Of a DNA stretch of 64,000 bases, positions 25,450 to 39,664 are shown piece after piece. The notes beneath the pieces are model-generated. The model was not told the origin of the DNA, did no database searches, and saw nothing but the letters and a program-made list of their open reading frames with translations. The stretch spans positions 10,292,001 through 10,356,000 of the forward strand of contig OX597826.1 of NCBI GenBank assembly GCA_951406725.2. The letters run 5' to 3'. A program made the translations under genes and the position numbers. The stretch is from Octopus vulgaris (lineage: Eukaryota). Each line of letters opens with the position of its first letter. Position 1 is the stretch's first letter.

Positions 25450-26204
25450 TGTATATTATATATTATGACATTTATTTCAATTAGCTATTATACATATAAT
25501 TACATGAATTAAGAAAATAATTATTAAAAAATAATTAAATAATTATATTAAATTAAGAAAATATGAAGTACGTCATAATAATAATTTAATAATCTTGTAT
25601 AAATTTGATTCTTAAATACCTTGTAAGATATTCCTCCGGCTGTTTATAGCTGGCCAAGATCATCCTGCCCACAGTGCAGTGGGACATCAACATCTTGCTG
25701 GGGCTCAGCATCGTGATCAGGCCAACCAAGGTGGGAGTCCCCACTACATGCAGTGGTAGCATGATGTCGACAAATGGGTCTACAGTCCTTCTGTCACCAT
25801 AGACTGACGGACGCCAGTGCCAGCAGTTTGGGCAAATGCTATGACAATGCTGGGCTGGCATGCTTTCTATGCACATGGTTGCGACCGCTGGTTACTGGCC
25901 CTGCTGCCAGAAGATTGTCTATCTTTCCTGCAGGAGGAGATGGCCTTGATCCTGTCCTCAGACTGGATGGCATGCGCTGGGTGTTTCCTCTTGACATGCG
26001 ACTTCAAGTTGTAGAGACTTGCCACTTGTCCCTTGATGGTGGTCTCCTTGCGCCGGCACATGATGCACCGGAAGTACAGGATTTTGACATTCCTCTTATC
26101 CCTTGACATAAGGACAAAGTATGCCTCCAGGTGGGGCCACTGGTTCTGAGACTCCTAGCTCTGAACCTGAGCATCCTCTGCCTCACCCACAGCCATTGCA
26201 AACT

Positions 26205-26518
26205 TTTTCGTGGAAGCACCATCCAACCAAAATGCAAATATATGGGAAACTACCACCTGTGTCATCTCTTGTGAAAGGTAGGAGAGTCCAGTTTGCTGGA
26301 CATTGTTGTAGAGCTGAAAAAGAGGTAATTTCTACTCTTCTCCTCTGGAAGCCATCTACTCACAATACCAGAGGGCGCACACTCTCCTACCTTCATGTAA
26401 TCTCCAGGGATACAGGCATCCAACAACAGGACCTCCGTAATGCCATGATGGACCGTGAAGTCTGGCGTAGCATGGTAAATTCCATTATCTCGACCACGGT
26501 CGAACAATGATTATGATG
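26205..26518 (+). mobile_element. 5'-truncated RTE-X/RTE-like LINE 3' end inserted in the hAT transposase
   Basis: SWKHHPTK...FAGHCCR...DREVWR...TTVEQ* plus (TGA)n tail, TSD attgcaaact at 26195-26204 and 26519-26528. Confidence 0.88.
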
Positions 26519-26981
26519 ATTGCAAACTCCTCAACAGGCCCTTCATTCTCAGGCCAAACAAAAACGTCTTCACCTTCCATAACAATAAGCGATAACTTGA
26601 TAAAATGATACCATACATTGCTGTTGCTGACACAGTAAGACTGTCTAAAATGTGACAACGTCGTAAGTGAACACAACTCAAAACTGCAGAATTACACAGT
26701 GCTGCTCAGCTAGCAGCTGCTGCATCGACCAATCAGATCTTGTCACCTGTACACGTAGTCAGCCAATAGTGCACCTGACGGACTTTCAGGACATGCCCAC
26801 AACAGACAGGAACAAATGTAGGAATTTTGTTAGTGGACTTCAAGTTAGTAGAACTAAATTTAGCAGAAGCTAATTGGTTCGCTAATGGTTTCCAAAGTTC
26901 ATGAAAATGCTAATCGGCTGAACAAAACGTTAGCTTCGCTAATTAGCTATTAGCGGATTAGCAAAACCATGCCCACCATTG

Positions 26982-27147
<166 letters not shown>

Positions 27148-27683
27148 CACACACACACACACATATATATAAATATATATACACACACATATATGTTCAT
27201 GTGTGCATGTCTGCGAGTGTGTATACACACAACAACAGAGGTACACTCATAATTTTTTTTACTTCATTGTTAACATTAACATTCATTTTCAAGATGAAGA
27301 TTTATCTTTATAATTGTCAATGGAATACCAAAGAAAAAGCACTTTATAAATGTAGAGAAAATGAAACAACTAATTGTGGTACATAAATAATTCTCAAATA
27401 TTTATGCAGTTTCTATCAATGTGTGTATGTATTCTTGCCTGTTATGTTCACACATACACACACGTGTGTGTGCGTTTATATGGTGAAATTACATTCACAA
27501 ACACATACATACATGCTAACATACAAATATATTTGCATTCATTTGCATATATACAGACTTTCATACATCTATGATGCACACATAACTATTTCTAATAACT
27601 GCTAGAAAAACTAGGTCAGATACGTTAATGAATAACTATCTATCTACAAATCACCCTCTCAATCAATCAATCTATCAATGTAT

Positions 27684-27743
<60 letters not shown>

Positions 27744-28037
27744 TTATTTATCTATTTTTCTACTTCTCTATTTCATGAATCTAAATGTATGCTAAATATT
27801 ATACTGTAAGGTTTATGTATGGTAAAATATATACTGCTAAACACTTATAAATGTATTTGTGTTTGTATATACACATACTTCTATATATGTGTATATATTT
27901 ATACTAATATATATAATATGTATTTATGTATGTATCTCTCTCTATATCTATCTATCTCATATATATATATAAATATATATATATAAATATCTATCTATCT
28001 ATCTATATATATATATATATGTATCTATCTATCTATC

Positions 28038-28103
<66 letters not shown>

Positions 28104-28669
28104 TATACATACACATATATATATTTGTTGTTGTGTGTCAGATGATAACAGGAGGCGAGACAATTTGAGACCTATCCAACCCATGCAAGCATGAAAAACA
28201 AGGATTGTTTTATTTTATTTGAGATTTCATATACATATGTGTGTGTTTTTATATTGTTTTTGTATCTCTTTCTATGTATGTATATGTTTGTTTGTGCATG
28301 CATATATATATATATATATACATATAATAAAATGTTTGTATTTTCAACAAAATGTTTGTATGTGTGTATGTGTAATAAAATTGAAGAGATAATGCAATTT
28401 CTAAGAATGAGTGAAAGAACTGGGTCACATCAGCAAAGGCTTGGCTATCAGTTAGCACCAGATTAATATTGATTGTTGTGTGTGTGTGTGCCTTTATACA
28501 TTAGGTTTCACTAAACTATAGTATTTTTAGAGGTAGTATATTATTTATGTAGTATTCCCTTTATCCTATGCATGCAAAGGAGGAAACACGCGCGCACGCG
28601 CATATATTTCATATCATCATGTATTATGTGGGTGGAGGGCGTGCAAGTGAGTTAATATAATACAATATA

Positions 28670-28709
<40 letters not shown>

Positions 28710-28825
28710 GTATCCTTATATACACATACATATACACACATACATATATTTTATATATAATATATTTATTTATTCATGTTTATAAATGTGCGTAGTGATA
28801 TGCATAGCATACACAAAAGCACATA

Positions 28826-29054
<229 letters not shown>

Positions 29055-29396
29055 CGCACACACATACACATATATATATATATGTATATATTTACATATA
29101 TATGTTCTAATGCATTATGCATGCACGTGGTAACATACATGAGTATAAACACATGCTCACAGACAGACAGACACATTTCACAATTTTTGATGCATTTAGA
29201 AGAATTTTTCCAAGATTTATGCATCTTTCATCCAAACATACATTTCCTCATTGACATATATGTATTTATGTGAGTTCTCCAGCATTTATGTGGCCTTCAT
29301 ATACATACATTACCTCACTTTTGCATATCCATCCATCCATCCATCCATCCATCCACCAACCCATCCATCCATCCATCCATCCATCCATCCATCATC

Positions 29397-29532
<136 letters not shown>

Positions 29533-29535
29533 GTA

Positions 29536-30725
29536 TTGGGTCATCCCATAAATAATGCGGTTTTTTCAATTGCCTGAACTAAAAGTCAGAAGGGGGTAGG
29601 ATAAACTAACTGCATCAACTTGCTATAGAAGCAGGTAGTAATTTTATCTTTTACTTATTCTTAGGGCAAGTTTTGAAGAGTGAAGTTCGATTTTAACAGT
29701 TACTTTTTCAGTGCTATAATGGAAGTGACAAAGGAGCATATTTGGCGTATTTTTGCTTCATGAATTCAATAAAAGCAACAACACAACAGGATGTATGAGG
29801 AATATTAATGTAGTATATGGGGATCAGACAATAAGAGTAAGCCAGTGTCAATGGTGGTTCCAGAAATTCTGAGCCAGAAACTACAGCCGAGAAGACAAGC
29901 CTCATCCTGGAAGATCTGCAGAGCTCGACAAGGACGTCCTGCAAACCTTGGTGGAACAAAATCCCATTGTAACAGTTGCGGAACTAGCAGAGAAACTTGG
30001 ATTTGGTCATTCAACCATTCATCGACACCTGCGTGCCATCAGAAAAGTCAGCAAATTGGGTCAATGTGTTCCTCAAACTTTCTGAGTCTAATCATACACA
30101 GAAAGTGAATGTGTGCTCTTCTTTGCTGTCACCTCTCACGAATGAACCTTTTTTGGACTGAATAGTAACTGGTGACAAGAAATGGGTTCTCTATGAAATG
30201 TCAAGCACTGAAGACAGTGGGTGGGGAAAGGAGAAACACTGGTACCCCAGGCTGAAGAAGGTCTTCACCCATGTAAAGTATTGTTATCTGTTTCACTTTG
30301 AACTTTTAAACCCAAACCAAATGATAACAAAATTAAAGGTGTTTTTCCATCAGGATAATGCTTGGCCACATACAGTGAGGATGACATTCCAAAGGCTGGA
30401 GCAGTTTGAATGGGAAACAATGCCCCACCCACCATATTCGCTGGACATTGTCCCAACTGATTATCGTTTATTCCACAGTCTTCAAAATCATTTTGATGGG
30501 AAAAAATATGAATTCTGTAGACAAGGTCAGAACAGTTCAGGAGGAGTATTTTACATCACAGAAAAGTAAATTTTGGAAGAGGGGCATTGCAAGTTTACCA
30601 GATAAATGGAAGAGCATTGTAGAAAATGAAGGAAAGTACATTTTTGATTTAAAAAGAACTTCATTTATCTTAATTTTGAAAAGTAAAATAAATATAAAAT
30701 GATGCATTATTTATGGGATGGCCAA
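29536..30725 (+). mobile_element. mariner (DD34D-type) transposon, degenerate and internally deleted
   Basis: TIRs ttgggtcatcccataaataatgc / gcattatttatgggatggccaa with TA on both flanks. Transposase motifs IVTGDKKWVLY, FHQDNAWPH and HPPYSLDIVPTDY. A solo related TIR lies at ~6787-6812. Confidence 0.92.
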
Positions 30726-31009
30726 TATATATATATATAGAATCAACATCATCATCATCATCATCATTTAATGTCCATCTTCCATGCTGTCATGTGTTAG
30801 GTGGTTCGACAGGAGCTGGCAAGGCAGAAGACTGAATCAGGTTTCACTGTCTGTTTTGACATGGTTTTTATGGCTGGATGCCCTTCCTAGCACCAACCAC
30901 CTTACAGAGTTGACCGAGTGCTTTTTATGTGGCACTAAAAAGATCAGTTTTGGCATGGTCTTTACAGTTGGATGCCCTTCCAAATTCCAGTGCATATACA
31001 TATACATAC

Positions 31010-31064
<55 letters not shown>

Positions 31065-31069
31065 CATAC

Positions 31070-31177
<108 letters not shown>

Positions 31178-31868
31178 ATATATTGATATAATGGTAAATA
31201 TAAGACAACACCGAATAGATTCAAGAATATGATTTCCTTCCATAGTTTCATCTTTGTATCTTTCAGAAATAATGTACTGTTTCCAAGGTATCGTACGATG
31301 GAACTATAATGAAATAGTATTAGTGTTATACTAATACATAGCATTGCTGTGTAGTAAAACCCTACTTTTCAATGCACTCATAGATAAGATGGAAGTTACC
31401 TCATGATATCCAACAGTAGGATATATCCCAGGGCTAGATACGTGTGTGTAACTGATCTTTGGCTGTGTGGTAAGTAGCTTGCTTACCAGCCACATGGTTC
31501 CAGGTTCTTTCCCGCTGCGTGGCACCTTGGGCAAGTGTCTTCTACTATAGCTTCAGGCTGACCAAAGCCTTGTCAGTGGATTTGGTAGACAGAAACTGAA
31601 AGAAGCCCATCGAATATATGTAAGTGTGTGTGTATATGTTTGTGTGTCTGTGTTTGTCCCCCCAGCATCGCTTGACAGCCAATGGTGTTGTGTTTACATC
31701 CCCGTAACTTAGCGGTTCAGCAAAAGAAGCCAATAGAATAAGTACTAGGCTTACAAAGAATAAGTCCTGAGGTCGATTTGCTCGACTAAAGGCGGTGCTC
31801 CAGCATGGCCACAGTCAAATGACTGAAACAAGTAAAAGAGACTAAAAGAGAAAACAAGAATAATATAA

Positions 31869-32179
31869 CACAAGAATTAGGGAAATCAGACTTTAATAGT
31901 AGATGAGCACAACATTTGTTTCAGCACCCGACACCAGCTTTAAATTGCTGAGTTTTTTTATATTTATGTTATAACATTATAGAAGATCATTCTTTATAAT
32001 TATTATATAGTTGAATATTTTTTCAGCAACAGCTGTGGAAAAGTATTCAGCAATATAACCATCAAGACTGTTCTTCTATAATGGTATATGAATATAAACT
32101 CAGCAACTTAAAGCAGTTGTGTGGTAGAAAAACAAATGCTGTGATCTGCTATTGAAACCTGTTATCCTTAATTTTTGTG
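31869..32179. repeat. 310 bp imperfect fold-back (MITE-like palindrome)
   Basis: Successive arm pairs cacaagaattaggga/tccttaatttttgtg, ctttaaattgctgagttt/aaactcagcaacttaaag and cattatagaaga/tcttctataatg, centred near 32028. Confidence 0.7.
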
Positions 32180-32459
32180 ATATATTTTTCTTATATGTAT
32201 GTGTGTGTGTGTACACAACAGGCTTCTTTCAGACAATGAGGTGGTTTGAATTACTAGAATTTGTATATTTCACTCTTTAATGTAATGCTGAGCAATTTAC
32301 CTTTGTGCTGCGTGGTAAGTAGCTTGCTCATGAACCATATGGTTCCGGGTTCAGTCCCACTGTGTGGAACCTTGGGCAAGTGTCTTCTACTATAGCCTTG
32401 GGCCGACCAAAGCCTTGTGAGTGAATTTGGTAGATGGAAACTGAAAGAATCCCGTCGTA

Positions 32460-32505
<46 letters not shown>

Positions 32506-32832
32506 TGTGTTTGTGTGTCTGTGTTTGTCCCCGCAACATCGCTTGACAACTGATGGTGGTGTGTTTACATCCCCGTAACTTAACGGTTTGGCAAAAGCGA
32601 CCGATAGAATAGGCTTACAATTTGTCGATTTGCTCAACTAAAGGCGGTGCTCCACAGTCGAATGACTGAAACAAGTAAAAGAGTTGAGAGATAGATATAT
32701 TTATTATTGTGGAAAGGACATGAACAATCTAACTGGTCCTGCCTTAGACTATATTAGAAGACCTATGTCCTGGTGGAACTGAACCTGAGACCATGTAGTT
32801 GGGAAATGAACTTCTTAACCATGTAGCCTCAC

Positions 32833-32935
32833 ATGTGATGACATTTTCGCATCCATATGATATTATTAAGTATCATTTATAATATCTCCGAATCTTGAGC
32901 AGGCCTCTATTCCATGTGTATGCTTCATCAGGCAT
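32833..32935 (-). ncRNA. degenerate type-I hammerhead ribozyme motif with long stem-II loop
   Basis: Minus AUGC-CUGAUGA-A-GCAUACACAUGG...UCAUAUGGAUGC-GAAA-AUGUCA-UC-ACAU. Core intact, first stem-I pair mutated. Confidence 0.5.
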
Positions 32936-33295
32936 TTGACATTAACACTCAAGATTCATAGATATAAATAATATTTAATAATATCCTATCAATGCAAAAA
33001 TATCCTCACAAACAAACATTTTGTGATGCAGAAGCAGATACGACAATACATTAATAAAGTCAAAAGATTTCCATCCACAAATCGCTTTGCTTAATGCTAT
33101 ATTTATCCTAAGCTGTAAGGAGTTCCACATTTATAACCATCCCATAAGGTTACTCTGAAAGATGTGAATAACAAGCAGTAGCTGACAACAAGAAGTATGG
33201 CTCTTACAAGCATATTAAGAGGCATTTGTCCTAAACAAGTTAATAGGATATATATATATTGTGTGTGCGTGCGTGTGTGTATGTATGTATATGTA

Positions 33296-33384
<89 letters not shown>

Positions 33385-33768
33385 GAGTGGCTGTATGGTA
33401 AGTAGCTTGCTTACCAACCACATGGTTCAAAGTTCAGTCTCACTATGTGGCACCTTGGGCAAGTGTCTTCTACTATAGCCTCGGGCCAACCAAAGCCTTG
33501 TCAGTGGATTTGGTAGATGGAAACTGAAAGAAGCCCGTTGTATATATGTATATATATATATGTATGTTTGTGTGTGTATATGTTTGTGTGTCTCTGCATG
33601 TCCCCTCCAAAATCGCTTGACAACTGGTGCTGGTGTGTTTACGTCCCCGTAACCTAGTGGTTTGGCAAAAAGAGACAGATAGAATAAGTACTAGACTTAC
33701 AAAGAACAAGCCCTGGTTTCGATTTGCTTGACAAATGACTGAAACAAGTAAAAGAATAAAAGAATATA

Positions 33769-34623
33769 CAGGGTGCGATGAGTAAATTGTCCCCATTTTA
33801 TATTTTTAATTTCAAACATGTAATATCATTTGTTTTTGATTTTGTTGCTTACACAGTATAGTAGGGTCAGTTGGGCACTGCCAGCAAGAAAAAACTGCAC
33901 CATGATGTAATTCATTCAGCCAAAAATTTGGAAATGACATGCTGTAACTGCTTGGCATTCATGCTGGAAGCTTCAATACGAACATTTCAATGTTTGGGTA
34001 TCAATCAGAGGACATGTACTGAGAGTGATAACAATCAAGCATCCAGTCAACATCATGATGTTTGGAGTGATAACTTGTGATGGAGACGTTATGCTTCCAT
34101 TCATCTTCCCAGATGGAAGCCTACATCAAATGCTTGGAGGAGGTAGTGCTGCTCTGTGTCAAGAGGGCGGCTGCTGGAGAACCCTATATCTGGCAACAGG
34201 ACTCTGCACCATGTCACATAAGCAGGAGAACCCAGTCATGGCTGTCAGACAATTTCTGCGACCACATCACCCCTAACATCTGGCCACCTAACCTCCCCCA
34301 ACTGCAACCCCTTGATTACTATGTGTGGGGTGCAGTTGAGTGAGAGACCAACAAAACTCCTTGTAACACCAAAGATGAATTGAAGGCAAGGATTATGGCA
34401 GCATTCACCAACTTAAACAAGGAGACCATCCAGAAGAGTTGCAGGAGATTCTGAAGTTGTCTGGAGGCCTTGGTTGAAACCAATGGCGATTTTTTTGAAT
34501 AAATTTACTCTTTTGTATTCCAAGATATTTTTATGCAATTTTGGTAAATATATCTGTTAAAAAGATGTCAGTGTTATTTTCATTTTTGCATAATTTAGAT
34601 GACAAATTATTCACTGCACCCTG
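33769..34623 (+). mobile_element. maT (DD37D) Tc1/mariner-superfamily transposon, internally deleted
   Basis: TIRs cagggtgcgatgagtaaattgtc / gacaaattattcactgcaccctg. WQQDSAPCH...IWPPN...PLDYYVWG has 37 residues between the second and third Asp. Confidence 0.88.
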
Positions 34624-34817
34624 TGTATGTATATAAAGAATACAAGTGGATTTTAAAGATTCACAACAGCTGCTTCAGCAGTATTTCTTTATTGATGAAT
34701 AGATCAATTACATCGATTACATCATGAAAAAATCTGCTTTCCTCAGGTGAATTTAAACTTAGATAGGAGAAGATTCTGAGCAAACCTGCTTTGTTTTGCA
34801 ACACCCAATTATATATG

Positions 34818-34856
<39 letters not shown>

Positions 34857-34883
34857 GTATATCTGCATATACACACAAACTCA

Positions 34884-34929
<46 letters not shown>

Positions 34930-35332
34930 GTACAAACATGGCTATGGGCTTTAAAGTATATATTGCAAATAGAGAAATAGAGTATGTAGCACCTTGGGCA
35001 AGATTTTTTTTGCTATAGCCTCAGGTTGGCCAATAACTTGTGAGTGAAATGTTATAGAGTGAAAATTATACAGGGGCCTAGAAAACATATGCACACTCAT
35101 ATATACACACATACACACACATGTATACATGTGTGTGTGTGTGTGTATGCATGTACACATGTGTATGCATGCATTTATGTATATATTCATAAATACATAT
35201 TTATACTTATAGAAGGTAATGTAATTTCTTCTACTTCTTTCATCTCTATGAACACATCTTGCAGCTTTACACATAGATACATGCATTCATAAATAAGAAA
35301 TGTCTATATAATATGGTATATATATGTAATCA

Positions 35333-35363
<31 letters not shown>

Positions 35364-35415
35364 TTTTTAATATGCATGTGTGTATGAATGTAATGCTTAT
35401 GTTTGTGTGAGAAGA

Positions 35416-35492
<77 letters not shown>

Positions 35493-35866
35493 GAAAGAGT
35501 GAGAGAGAGAGTGTGTGTGTTATATAAATGTGTTGAGAAAACCTATATTTGCAAACAGAGCGATGATTTATATTCACTTTCAAGCAAAAGAAAATTTGTG
35601 TAAGTGGGTGAAAATTACACCTTGGTGATTAAATGGATGTAAGTATAAATTAATAAAGGTAATGTCACTTTGATGATTTATGTATGTGTGTGTGCATTCA
35701 TGTGGCTGGGCATGTGTGTTGTGTGTATATGTCTCTGTGTGTGTATGAGAGTGAGTAATTACACACACACACACACATACACACAAGAATACAGTCATGA
35801 ACACATGCATATACATGAACAGACACATACACACACACATATGCATATAATTTTACATTATATATA

Positions 35867-35903
<37 letters not shown>

Positions 35904-36141
35904 TTGTATATGCATGTGTATATATAAATATATATGTATATACATGTATACACACACACATATACACACAAGAATACGCTGTCATGAACACATGCATATA
36001 CATGAACAGATACACACACACATATATATATAATTTTACATTATATATGTGTGTGTATATATATATTTGTATATGCATGTGTATATATATAAATATAAAT
36101 GTATATACATGTACACACACACACACACACACATACACACA

Positions 36142-37253
36142 CACAGTTTGGGCTAAATTTGACAATTTTTTATGCCCCCCCTTTTTTTTTTCAGGAATAG
36201 CTTGATGCATTAGGGAACAGTGAATGGCATTAGAAAGTATAAAGATTAAAGTTGCAATTGAGAAAATGTTAGCTTTAATGGAGGACTGGAAACCGTCTGA
36301 ATATGAGAAAAGAGTTACCTGTATTATGATGGTTTGTGTTGGGTATCAAAATGCCAGCATCATGACTGTTGGTCAATGCTCTGTGAACACTGTAAAGGTT
36401 GTAAGATGTGATATGGACATCTGCAACAGAGTACAAAGCTGTGACTGGCTGGAAGGGACACAGCAGGTGTTCTGAGGATGATGTCATGCTCCTCCATATC
36501 TTTGAACAGGACCTTAGGCTCAATGATGCTGCTGGAGACTGTGGTCAACCCCTGTTTGGAGAGGGTTGCTGCTGAAGGTCATATGTGTGGCAGTAGGATT
36601 CAACAACTTATTTCTTTATTGCCCACAAGGGGCTAAGCATAGAGGGTACAAACAAGGACAGACGAAGGGATTAAGTCGATTACATCAACCCCAGTGCATA
36701 ACAGGTACTTAATTTATCGACCCCGAAGGGATGAAAGGCAAAGCTGACCTCGGTGGAATTTGAACTCAGAACGTAAAGACAGACGAAATACTGCTAGGCA
36801 TTTCGCCTGGCACGCTAACGTTTCTGCCACCTCACCACCTTAGGATTCAGCTACTTGCCATACCTCCAGAAAAAAGTCAGATGTTATTGGCAGAGAGTTT
36901 CTACAACTTCACCAGCTCCAGTTTCTGACCTAATTCCCTCCAATTGTAATCTTATGGATTGCAATGTGTGGGGTATGGTTAAGAAAGATATCAACCACTC
37001 TACTTGCAACACCAATGCCAAAACGGTTGCCAAAATCAAGGAAGTGTTCAAAGATCTTACCAGGAATGCAATGAGGAACACTGCACCTGGTTCTGGAGCT
37101 GTCTTGAGGTCATGGTGGAAGCTGAGGTTGATTACTTTGAGTAAACTGTTATTCTCCAGTCATAATTTATTAGATATCATTTGAATTTTTGGATGAAACA
37201 TTGTATTTTCTTTTCCTTTTATGCAGACTGTCAAATTTAGCCTGAATACTCTG
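36142..37253 (+). mobile_element. second, older maT-like transposon interrupted by a SINE
   Basis: TIR cores ggctaaatttgaca / tgtcaaatttagcc and DVMLLHIFEQDLRLN..YVWQ*DS..CNLMDCNVWG homology to the 33769 element. Confidence 0.75.
36603..36840 (-). mobile_element. SINE family B with TSD
   Basis: TSD taggattca at 36594-36602 and 36841-36849, tRNA-like head (B box gagttcaaattcc on the minus strand). Confidence 0.85.
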
Positions 37254-37319
37254 TATGTTTGATTGGATCTACTTGATGTGCAACAATTTTACTTTTCAGA
37301 TTTCAGCTCTTATTGTTAA

Positions 37320-38123
37320 TCACATTCGAGAATGGATGAGGAAAGCTGTGTGAAAAAGTGCAACACCCTAGTGGTTGAGGGAACCTGGGAAAGAGGTAGA
37401 CCTAGGAAGATCTGGGATGAGATGGTGAAGCACGACCTTCGAACATTAGGCCTCACCGAAGCAATGACTAGTGACCGAGACCTTCGGAAATATACTGTGC
37501 TTGAGAAGACCTGGCAAGCCAAGTGAGACTATAACCTCGTGGCCTATGCCAGGGGTGTAACCAGCCCACTTATGCATACCTTTCCTTCATTGGACACTAA
37601 ACTCTGCTTGTGAAGATCTGTTGAGGCAAGTGAAATCGAATTTGAAATCAAATTTGATGACTGGCATCCGTGCTAGTGGAGCGCTAAGAGCACCATCTGA
37701 GCGTGATCGTTGCCAGAGCAGCTGTCTGGCTTTTGTGCCAGTGGCATGTAAAAAGCACCATTCGAGCGTGATCATTACCAGTGTCGCCTTACTGGCACTT
37801 GTGCTGGTGGCACGTGAAAAAACATTCGAGCAAGGTCATTGCCAGTGCCACTGGACTGGCTCCTGTGCAGGTGGCATGTAAAAAACACAATTTGAGCATG
37901 GCCATTGCCAGTACAGCCTGACTGGCCCTTGTGCCAGTGACACGTAAAAGCACCCACTACACTCTCAGAGTGGTTGGTGTTAGGAAGGGCATCTAGCTGT
38001 AGAAACTCTGCCAGATCAAGACTGGAGCCTGATGCAGCCACCTGGTTCGCCAGTCCTCAGTCAAATCGTCCAACCCATGCTAGCATGGAAAGCGGACGTC
38101 AAACGATGATGATGATGATGATG
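37320..38123 (+). mobile_element. RTE LINE 3' end (ORF C-terminus, tandem-repeat 3'UTR, (GAT)n tail)
   Basis: RMDEESCVKKC...RGRPRKIWDE...EKTWQAK* runs directly into the UTR family, showing that the short copies are LINE tails. Confidence 0.88.
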
Positions 38124-38629
38124 ACATTGAACCCCAACTGCTTCATTATCATACAGGGTTCTGTGTGGGTTGAGATGGGCTGTAATGTAAGATAAAGAAC
38201 AAATCAATAAGAGAAAAGAACACGGGCTTCAACTTTGGTATTCTTTTATTTCATCTGCAACATGTGTATAATTGAACCGACCAAAGTTTGTCTGTCTGAA
38301 GACGCATTCAATTCTGCTGCTCTGATGAAGTGCATCTGAGGATTGCATTTAAGGTGTGAAGGCATGTATTAGCGAATATTGAAACAACTACTTTGGAAGT
38401 GAAAAAATTCAGAGTAGCAGTTTGAGAAGTTTCAGATTCCAGCAAATTATATTATTCAGCTTGTAAATATTAAATATTATCTTTTATTCTTCTTTTCACA
38501 CTGATGTTTACATCTACCTTTATATGTGTGTGTGTGTGTGTGTGTGAATATATGTATACATATCCATCCATCCACCCACCCACCCTTATATGTATATATT
38601 GATGAATGGATATATATATATGTATACAT

Positions 38630-38673
<44 letters not shown>

Positions 38674-39115
38674 GACACACACATACTTACATATATTATG
38701 TGTCCACACGTATGTGCTTATCAGTATATCAGTAGACATCATAGGTTCTTGTAAACTTATATGGTGCAACCATTTTCCAGCCACAAGGCGATGGTCTGAT
38801 AATGAATTATTTGATGGAAATGTGTTAAGCTGGTAATGATGAGATAAGTTAACTTTAAATGAATGATTGTTCGTTTGTTAATTGTTAATTTTAATGAAAG
38901 ATTTGATGGAGATGTACTACGCTGGTAGAGATGAGATAAGTTAATTTTTTTGGTGAATAATCGTGCATTTATTGAGAATTATCAACAGTTAAATTACTCA
39001 GTTTGCAATAGAAATTTTAGAGTATTTTGTAAAAGTGATAAAATTGGAGAAGAAAGTGAGTAACCACATCTATGCAGAACATAAATAACTCTGTGCTACT
39101 CATACATTGAGAAAT

Positions 39116-39655
39116 ATCATCATCATCATTGTTCGACCGTGGTCGAGACAATGGAATTTACTATGTTACGCCAGACTTCACGGTCCATCATGGCATTACG
39201 GAGGTCCTGCAGCTGAATGCCTGTATCCCTGGAGATTACATCAGGGTAGGAGAGTGTGCGCCCTCTGGTATCGCGAGCAGATGGCTTCCAGAGGAGAAGA
39301 GTAGAAATTACCTCGTTTTCAGCTCTACAACAATGTCCAGCAAACTGGACTCTTCTACCTTTCACAAAAGATGATACAGGTGGTAATTTCCCATATATTT
39401 GTACTTTGGTTGGATGATGCTTCCACGAGAGGTTTTGAGCTCTCATAAGGAGGCGAGTGTAGGTTCCATCCAACCGCCTCTCAAGCTTCTTTGATAACGT
39501 CCAGGTTTCTGAGCCATGTAGTAGAATTGGTTCGACTGTGGCTATGAAGATTTTAAGTTTGAAATCTCTACTTAGATTTGATGACAAGATGTTATGCATA
39601 TCATTACAGGCTGACCAGGCCATACCCTTTCTAGTTAGAAAATCTTTTTCAGATG
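39116..39655 (-). mobile_element. RTE-X/RTE-like LINE 3' fragment (open frame)
   Basis: VEPILLHGSETWTL...FAGHCCR...TTVEQ* plus (TGA)n tail. Same family as 26205-26518. Confidence 0.88.
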
Positions 39656-39664
39656 TTGATAAAC

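Larger units (their letters stand above)
22917..26981 (-). mobile_element. hAT DNA transposon relic with nested insertions
   Basis: TIRs cagtggtgggca / tgcccaccattg with subterminal gctaa/ttagc repeats. Minus-strand transposase N-terminus from ATG 26580 (WPHLEAYF...CIMC...NLKSHVKRKH, BED zinc finger). The hAT dimerisation motif IECLFLIGKNILRAKRATLSDGIFERLIFMK lies at ~23357-23496. Confidence 0.85.
31460..33765 (+). mobile_element. three same-orientation SINE family A copies (31460-31850, 32305-32685, 33383-33765)
   Basis: Each matches 20094-20490. Confidence 0.85.

Noticed and set aside
38281-38400. Cluster of CUGANGA motifs with a GUGCA/UGCAU stem
   Set aside because: No GAAA directly after the stem and no adjacent stem I, so a hammerhead cannot be assembled.
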